Below are positions 26,229 through 32,000 of a stretch of 32,000 nucleotides of DNA, in pieces. The notes beneath the pieces are model-generated. The model was given only the letters and a program-made list of their open reading frames with translations. It had not been told where the DNA came from and ran no database searches. The position numbers and the translations under genes are program-made. The stretch is from an uncultured Chloroflexia bacterium. Its GTDB lineage: Bacteria > Chloroflexota > Ktedonobacteria > Ktedonobacterales > JADMIN01. The stretch is from positions 930,001-962,000 of the forward strand of contig CAVRAI010000004.1 of assembly GCA_963718915.1 (NCBI GenBank), written 5' to 3'. The number at the start of each line of letters is the position of its first letter. Position 1 is the first letter of the stretch.

Positions 26229-26381
26229 CGGCCTTATATAGGTAAGAATGCGCGCGCGTGATGACTGTGACGATGCTGTGGCAATAAGATCCTTCAACGA
26301 CAAAACAGAGCGCTCCTTGCTGCCAGGGTTCGAAATTCATGCGCGCCACAGGGTGACGTGAAGTTTTTATGGTGCGCACCC

Positions 26382-26397
26382 TGGCGCAGTATTTGCA
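26382..26397 (+). promoter_or_regulatory. sigma-54-type -24/-12 promoter-like motif cTGGCGC-agtat-TTGCA
   Basis: Matches TGGCAC-N5-TTGCW at 10 of 11 specified positions with correct GG-N10-GC spacing. It is intergenic, points toward the GT-C gene (ATG 26622), and is flanked by GC-rich repeats. Confidence 0.35.
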
Positions 26398-26621
26398 AGC
26401 TGCGCGCCACTAAACATCTGTGTCTTTCTCGCGCGGATGCGTGTCATATGATCGCGGACGAGCATGGCCGCCGCAAGCGAATTTTCCGTTACCTATGCCG
26501 TGATTCGTTGCGTCTTAACACGTATCTACATGACTTCCAACAACGGACATGAAAGTTGCCAACTGTCCGCGTGGAAGTTCGTGCGCACTGATTGGGCGCG
26601 GTGTTAAGGAGTCCACACACT

Positions 26622-27869
26622 ATGGGGATATTGGTACGAGACAAGGTAGATGCCCCGCCATCGGTTGAGCATGCGTCTCAGCGCGAAGAGCGTATTGCCT
26701 GGGAATATCTTGTCGTCCAGGCAGCCGCCATTTGGCTGGTGAGTCGGCTGGCGCTGATCAGTTTCACCTTCTTCTCGTTAGTCCTCACGTACCGCGAGGG
26801 CACATCGCGCGCCTCAATGCTGGATGCATGGTTTCGCTACGATGCGATCAATTATGTCAATATCGCAGTGCAAGGATATATGACCCCAAAAGATTCTGCC
26901 TTCTTTCCGCTCTATCCCATCCTGATCTACGTTGGCTCATTCATCTTTGGGAATACAGTCCTGATCGCTGTGATTATCAGCAATCTTGGCACTCTGGCGG
27001 CTTTTATCGGGCTGGCGCGGCTCTCGGTGGATGAAGGCGGCAATGAGCATACCGCGCGGCTCAGCGTGCTGGCGCTGTTGAGTTGGCCGCTGGGATTCTT
27101 TCTTGCCGCTGGCTATACCGAAGGCATCTTCCTTGCTTTTGCCGTCTGGTGTCTTTGGAGTATGCGTCGCGGATATTTAGGCCGCAAATATTGGTATCTT
27201 GCCGCAGTGTGCGCCTTCTTTGGCACGCTGACACGCTCCACAGGAGCAATTCTTTTTTTGCCACTCATCTATGAATTTGCGCGTCAGCATGGTTGGGTGG
27301 AGCAGATCCGTAAGCGTACGCTATCCTTCCATCTCGACCGCGGAGATATTCTTGCGCTTATGGCAGTTGTTGCCGCGGTACCGTTGGCGTTTGGTCTCTT
27401 TAGTGGCTTTTGTTTATTCCGCTACGGTGACCCGCTGATGTGGGTGCACATCCAGATTCAGTGGGATCGCGTATCCATGCCAATTTGGGATTCCATTTGG
27501 AAGACGATTCGTTACCATTTGAGTTTCTTGCCATTGAGTTACTTTCAGGGCCACACGCTGATCGACACCCTGCCATTTCTGGTGATCGTCATAGTGACCA
27601 TCATTGGCGTCCGTAAGCTTCCCGTGGCCTTCACCCTCTATCTTGTCGGGCTGAACTTTCTTATCTTATCTAGCCCGCGTGAAATAGCCGACAACGCCGT
27701 GTATCTCGTCTCGGCCGGACGATTCTCACTCGCTGCCTTGCCGGTCTTCCTGTTGATAGGCAAGTGGTCAGAGCGTTTACCAGGTGTCGCGACGTTCTTC
27801 ACCTATGGAGGCGTCTTGCTCCAGGCAGCGTTCCTGGCATTCTTTATTACAGGTGGACTGCTCATTTGA
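26622..27869 (+). CDS. GT-C-fold membrane glycosyltransferase (PIG-V/mannosyltransferase-like)
   Basis: The ORF opens at TTG 26592, and AAGGAG lies 10 nt upstream of ATG 26622. It has 10 or more TM segments, and WFRYDAINYVNIAVQGY resembles the W-x-x-W/Y-D-A-x-x-Y-x-x-I-A-x-x-G-Y motif of PIG-V-like enzymes. Confidence 0.65.
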   Translation: MGILVRDKVDAPPSVEHASQREERIAWEYLVVQAAAIWLVSRLALISFTFFSLVLTYREGTSRASMLDAWFRYDAINYVNIAVQGYMTPKDSAFFPLYPILIYVGSFIFGNTVLIAVIISNLGTLAAFIGLARLSVDEGGNEHTARLSVLALLSWPLGFFLAAGYTEGIFLAFAVWCLWSMRRGYLGRKYWYLAAVCAFFGTLTRSTGAILFLPLIYEFARQHGWVEQIRKRTLSFHLDRGDILALMAVVAAVPLAFGLFSGFCLFRYGDPLMWVHIQIQWDRVSMPIWDSIWKTIRYHLSFLPLSYFQGHTLIDTLPFLVIVIVTIIGVRKLPVAFTLYLVGLNFLILSSPREIADNAVYLVSAGRFSLAALPVFLLIGKWSERLPGVATFFTYGGVLLQAAFLAFFITGGLLI

Positions 27870-27930
27870 CGTTGGTGGTGGCCGCGACACCTCGTGTTGC
27901 CCGGTGATTTTCTGGCGCTGCTCGAAGGTA

Positions 27931-28938
27931 TCAGTGACCGGGGATCGCGTAGAGCAGCGTGATAACCAACAACACATAGACAATCACTGCGCCCAGGATT
28001 TGTGGGTCGCGCCAGAGTACTTCGTCTGGCTGGTCGCCCTCGGCGCGGGCATACATCAGATAGAGGTAGCGGAAAGTCCCGAAGAGCACCACCGGGATCG
28101 TTAACATGAGATCGTGGTTACTGTTCTCACCTTGAAAGGTGTAGAGGCAATAGGTGAGCAGCATGGCCGTGACGACTATCCCAATAAGCTGATCAAGCAG
28201 CCCGAGGGAATATTGGCGCAGGTTCTGGCGATGGATAGCCGCCTGATCATTGAGCCGAATCAGTTCCGAACGCCGCTTGCCAAGCGCCAGGAAGAGGGCC
28301 AGAAAGGTCATGCACACATAGAACCATGTGGATATTGGCACCGGAATGACGAATGCGCCCGCAAGCGAGCGCAAGACAAATCCAGCGGCGATGATGAAAA
28401 CATCCCAGATCACCAGATGTTTGAGCCAGAACGAATATGCGACGTTGATTGCCAGGTAGCATAGCAGCGTCAGAGCGAAGAGGAGCTGACTTCCTCCCCA
28501 TCGGCGGAAGGGGTCAGTGATATTGGGTGTCGTGGTGAGTGTGAGGAGAGCGACCAGCAAAGCGGCAACGCCGAGACAGAGCGCGAGGGTGATTGCCGCG
28601 CCACGCGCCGAGAGCAGCCCCGATGCAATAGGACGCAGGCGTTTGCGCGGGTGAGTACGGTCGCGTTCGCGGTCGACAAGGTCGTTGATGATATACACCG
28701 CGCTCGACGCGAAGCAAAATGCGACAAAGGCGATGAGTGTTCGGCCAAGTGCTGTGCCATCTGAGAGGCGGCGGGCAAAAATGAGGGCGAGGAGGACAAA
28801 ACCGTTCTTCGACCATTGGGACACACGCATAGCGCGTATGGCGGCCTTTACGCCAGCGAATGCACCCTTCTGAACCATTGACAGCGCTGGCCCTGACGTT
28901 TTTGATTGCTGTACGCTCTGCTCCTGGTCAGCGCGCAT
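27931..28938 (-). CDS. UbiA-family prenyl-phosphate phosphoribosyltransferase (decaprenyl-phosphate 5-phosphoribosyltransferase-like)
   Basis: 335 aa and multi-TM. YIINDLVDRERDRTHPRKRLRPIASG closely mirrors the NDxxDxxxD...KRxRPIA(A/S)G motif of DPPR synthases. ATG 28938 overlaps the upstream GT2 stop by 11 nt. Confidence 0.8.
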   Translation of the reverse strand: MRADQEQSVQQSKTSGPALSMVQKGAFAGVKAAIRAMRVSQWSKNGFVLLALIFARRLSDGTALGRTLIAFVAFCFASSAVYIINDLVDRERDRTHPRKRLRPIASGLLSARGAAITLALCLGVAALLVALLTLTTTPNITDPFRRWGGSQLLFALTLLCYLAINVAYSFWLKHLVIWDVFIIAAGFVLRSLAGAFVIPVPISTWFYVCMTFLALFLALGKRRSELIRLNDQAAIHRQNLRQYSLGLLDQLIGIVVTAMLLTYCLYTFQGENSNHDLMLTIPVVLFGTFRYLYLMYARAEGDQPDEVLWRDPQILGAVIVYVLLVITLLYAIPGH

Positions 28939-29734
28939 GAGTATTTCTCATCTCTAACAGGGCGGCGTCAGATGCGCCTGCGGAGACACCAGATGGGTCA
29001 TAATAGCCCTTACGCTGGTTGGCGCGTATGGTGAATACTTCCCGAAGCATGTTGAGTGTATCGCGCCCAAGTCGAACACGACTGTTGGTCATGTAGTACC
29101 ACGGTATTGGCACCTCACGCACCGCGAAGCCGTGGTGGCGGGCAATTGCAAGGAGTTCGACGTCGAATCCCCACCCCGAAATCGTCTGTTGCGTGCAGAG
29201 GGTCAGCGCAATGTCGCGGGGCATGCACTTAAAACCACATTGGGTATCCTGAATCCCTGGCAGCAGCAGAAGCTGCACGAGTCGGTTGAATACCCGGCCC
29301 ATCGCATGGCGATACCATGGCTCACCATACCTGTGCGCGCCTGAGGCTTCCCGTGAGGCAATCGCGATTCCAGCGGTCTTCTCGGCCACCGCCCGCAAGC
29401 GCTCCAGTTCGTTTACTGGCATCGAGAAATCGGCGTCGGAAAACGCCACCAGTTCTCCGTGTGCGGCGCGTACTCCCGCGCGTACCGCAGCGCCCTTGCC
29501 AGCATGTGATACAGAATGCAGCGTCAGCGCGGACCACTCCGTCATTGCGGCGCGTACAACCTTTGCAGTGTCATCGGTGCTGCCGTCGTCAACGACGATC
29601 ACCTCGGAGGTATAGGGTTGATCGTTCAGCCAGGTGTGCAAATGCCGCAGACTTCCTGGAAGACGGTGCGCTTCGTTATAGGCAGGAATGATGACTGAGA
29701 GTGTGGCTAGATGTGGCGACTTCTCCATGATCAT
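28928..29734 (-). CDS. family 2 glycosyltransferase (polyprenyl-phosphate glycosyltransferase-like)
   Basis: LSVIIPAYNEAHRLP, VIVVDDGSTDDT, AFSDADFS (DxD), QCGFK. The ORF opens at 29857, but GAAGGG precedes ATG 29734. Confidence 0.85.
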   Translation of the reverse strand: MIMEKSPHLATLSVIIPAYNEAHRLPGSLRHLHTWLNDQPYTSEVIVVDDGSTDDTAKVVRAAMTEWSALTLHSVSHAGKGAAVRAGVRAAHGELVAFSDADFSMPVNELERLRAVAEKTAGIAIASREASGAHRYGEPWYRHAMGRVFNRLVQLLLLPGIQDTQCGFKCMPRDIALTLCTQQTISGWGFDVELLAIARHHGFAVREVPIPWYYMTNSRVRLGRDTLNMLREVFTIRANQRKGYYDPSGVSAGASDAALLEMRNTHAR

Positions 29735-29866
29735 CCTGGTCCCTTCGCTTGGCGCGTAATCTGTTCCTCCATTATACGTTCTCGCGCGGGGAAAACCTCC
29801 CGAATAGGCCGGGAGGTTTGGATTGCTCCACCAGCAGAGGATATGTCGTATGAGCAAGCTGAATAA

Positions 29867-32000
29867 TCAGCCCGCAACGATGGCATCGCGGCGTGCGCGA
29901 GGGCGCGCCACCCGGCCGGATGGCGGAAGTGAATCCGACAATGGGCGGCTGGGTCGTACGGCGCCACGGGTCAGCGCGCCTGAAGTGGGCGCGGGGGTCA
30001 TGTCGCCTACGTCTGACGATTGGCGCAATGCGACGGCAATCACCTCATCCATGGATTCGACTGGTGCGAATGAGATCTGCGCGCGGATATCGGGTGTCAC
30101 GTCGTCTAGGTCTTTGAGGTTGCGGCGAGGCAAGACAATGGTATGGATGCCGGCCCGATGCGCAGCCAGCACTTTCTCCTTGATGCCGCCAACGGGCAGC
30201 ACGCGGCCCCGTAGTGTCAACTCACCGGTCATCGCGACATCACGGCGCACCGGACGCCCACTTAACGCCGACATCATAGCGATAGCCATCGTCACTCCCG
30301 CCGACGGGCCATCCTTGGGGATGCTGGCTGAGGGCAGGTGTACATGAATATCGTTGGTTTCGTGGAACAACGCTGGCAGACCAAGCGCCTGCGCCCGCGC
30401 GCGGGTGAACGTGAGCGCAGCCTGCGCCGACTCTTTCATCACGTCACCGAGCTGACCGGTCAGCTGCATGGAGCCGTGCCCTGGAAGAGCCATGACCTCT
30501 ACTGTCGTCAAATCGCCGCCAGCGGCCGTCCAGGCGAGGCCAGTCGCCACACCTACCTGGTCAGTCTCTTCGGCTTCCGTCGGGAAGTACTTTTGTGGGC
30601 CAAGATACGCAGGGACTCGAACCGAGGTAATGCTGGCCTTGTGGCGGCGCCCCTCTGCAATTCGTTTGGCGACGCGCCGCATGATAGCGCCTAGTTCGCG
30701 ATCAAGCCCGCGCACGCCTGCCTCGAAGGTATATTCGCGGATGATCCGATGGATGGCGCAATCGTCAATTTCAATTCGCGAGGTGTTCAGCCCAGTGTCA
30801 CGCATTTGGCGCGGGATGAGAAACTGTTGGGCGATCTGTGCCTTCTCTTCCTCGGTGTATCCTGGAATTTCAATAACTTCCATCCGATCACGTAGCGGCG
30901 CGGGAATTGTGTCCAGGACATTTGCCGTCAGAATAAAGAAGACTTTCGAGAGGTCGTAGGGCGCCTCAAGGAAATGGTCTGAAAAGCTGTTATTCTGCTC
31001 AGGATCGAGCACCTCTAACAGAGCCGCCGCTGGATCGCCGCGAAAATCAGAGGCGAGTTTGTCGATCTCGTCGAGCACAAAGACAGGATTGACGGTTTTT
31101 GCCAGCTTCATGGATTGTATGATGCGTCCAGGCAGCGCGCTCACATAGGTGCGGCGGTGGCCGCGAATCTCTGCCTCATCGCGCACCCCACCCAGCGAAA
31201 CGCGTACGAATGTGCGGCCTATCGCTTCGGCGACCGAGCGACCGAGCGATGTCTTGCCTACGCCTGGAGGGCCAACCAGACAGAGAATCGGCGCACGCCC
31301 CTCTGGCGCAAGCTTTCGGATCGCCAGGAACTCCAGGATACGCTCCTTCACCTTCTCCAGCCCGAAATGATGGGTATCGAGCACATCCGCCACGTGCGAC
31401 AAGTTCAAGTTATCGCGCGAGGCTACATTCCATGGCAACATGATGAGCCAATCGAGATAGTTGCGAAGGACGCTATATTCTGGAGCCATTGAAGGCATTG
31501 CTTCGAGGCGGGACAGTTCGCGGAGCGCGCGTGTCTGCACATCAGCGGGCATTCCAGCGGCTTCGATACGTTCGCGCAACTCGCTGATTTCACGGAGGGC
31601 AGGATCATGCTCGCCCAGTTCTTGCTGGATGATCTTCATCTGCTCCCGGAGGTAAAACTCGCGCTGGCCGCGATCGATCTCACGCTGGACGTCAGCTTGA
31701 ATCTTGCCCTCGATCTCAAGCACGTTTAGCTCGCGCAGCAGCAGCAAACAGGTCTTACGCAGGCGTTCCTGAGGGTCGAAGATTTCAAGGAATTCCTGGC
31801 GAATCGGTAGCGCGGGTTCTAGCTGAGCAATGATGAAGTCGGCTAATTCACCGACCGAACTGACATTGAGCGCCTGCACATACATATCTTCGTTGAGTCG
31901 CTGACTCAATCGTGTGCATTTCTCGAAGTATCCAAGTGCTGTGCGTGCAAGCGCTTCTGTTTGGTCGCTCGTACTTGGGGCATCAGTACAGGACAAGCCA
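29867..32000 (-). CDS. lon: ATP-dependent Lon protease (endopeptidase La), N-terminus outside window
   Basis: Walker A GPPGVGKTS, Walker B FVLDEIDK, and the protease-domain catalytic Ser in PKDGPSAGVT with Lys in the GGIKEKVLAAHRAG region. The reading frame stays open to the window edge. Confidence 0.95.
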   Translation of the reverse strand, partial: GLSCTDAPSTSDQTEALARTALGYFEKCTRLSQRLNEDMYVQALNVSSVGELADFIIAQLEPALPIRQEFLEIFDPQERLRKTCLLLLRELNVLEIEGKIQADVQREIDRGQREFYLREQMKIIQQELGEHDPALREISELRERIEAAGMPADVQTRALRELSRLEAMPSMAPEYSVLRNYLDWLIMLPWNVASRDNLNLSHVADVLDTHHFGLEKVKERILEFLAIRKLAPEGRAPILCLVGPPGVGKTSLGRSVAEAIGRTFVRVSLGGVRDEAEIRGHRRTYVSALPGRIIQSMKLAKTVNPVFVLDEIDKLASDFRGDPAAALLEVLDPEQNNSFSDHFLEAPYDLSKVFFILTANVLDTIPAPLRDRMEVIEIPGYTEEEKAQIAQQFLIPRQMRDTGLNTSRIEIDDCAIHRIIREYTFEAGVRGLDRELGAIMRRVAKRIAEGRRHKASITSVRVPAYLGPQKYFPTEAEETDQVGVATGLAWTAAGGDLTTVEVMALPGHGSMQLTGQLGDVMKESAQAALTFTRARAQALGLPALFHETNDIHVHLPSASIPKDGPSAGVTMAIAMMSALSGRPVRRDVAMTGELTLRGRVLPVGGIKEKVLAAHRAGIHTIVLPRRNLKDLDDVTPDIRAQISFAPVESMDEVIAVALRQSSDVGDMTPAPTSGALTRGAVRPSRPLSDSLPPSGRVARPRARRDAIVAG

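Noticed and set aside
26358-26552. 64-aa ORF in the long acyltransferase/GT-C intergenic region
   Set aside because: It has a GTG start with no RBS and a Cys/Arg-rich, non-protein-like composition. It overlaps the repeat- and promoter-like elements, so the region is better explained as regulatory DNA.

Overview
High-GC (about 60% by eye), densely coded bacterial chromosomal window with roughly 30 genes. The protein flavour looks Chloroflexota- or Actinobacteria-like, but I cannot verify the taxon here.

Left third: thioredoxin-fold and DUF2182 genes, then a long minus-strand gene string of metG, DUF1611 (DgcN-like), an enolase-superfamily epimerase (DgcA/dipeptide-epimerase-like), an HD hydrolase, a VOC protein and a YbaK deacylase.

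Middle: a stand-alone 2-oxoacid dehydrogenase E2, followed by a ~1.1-kb low-GC islet. The islet carries a frameshifted TIGR02391/HEPN (R-x4-H) Abi-like gene, divergent from a Rad52/DdrA-type single-strand annealing protein. After that come a sulfite-oxidase-like molybdoenzyme, a REC-histidine kinase plus sigma-54 enhancer-binding response regulator, an acyl-CoA dehydrogenase, two membrane proteins, a GH15 hydrolase, a DUF6884-like gene and a divergent TetR/DoxX pair.

Right third: an autonomous two-gene module of an orphan ParA/MinD-type ATPase translationally coupled to a small, largely disordered partner. This is my top candidate for an undescribed system: a ParA-type positioning or partition-like pair with unknown cargo. 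It is followed by an envelope-glycan cluster (acyltransferase-3, PIG-V-like GT-C, UbiA DPPR-synthase-like enzyme, GT2) whose intergenic region holds a sigma-54-type -24/-12 motif, and by a 5'-truncated Lon protease.

I recognised no rRNA, tRNA, CRISPR array, transposase or integrase. All family calls are by-eye motif recognition, not database searches.
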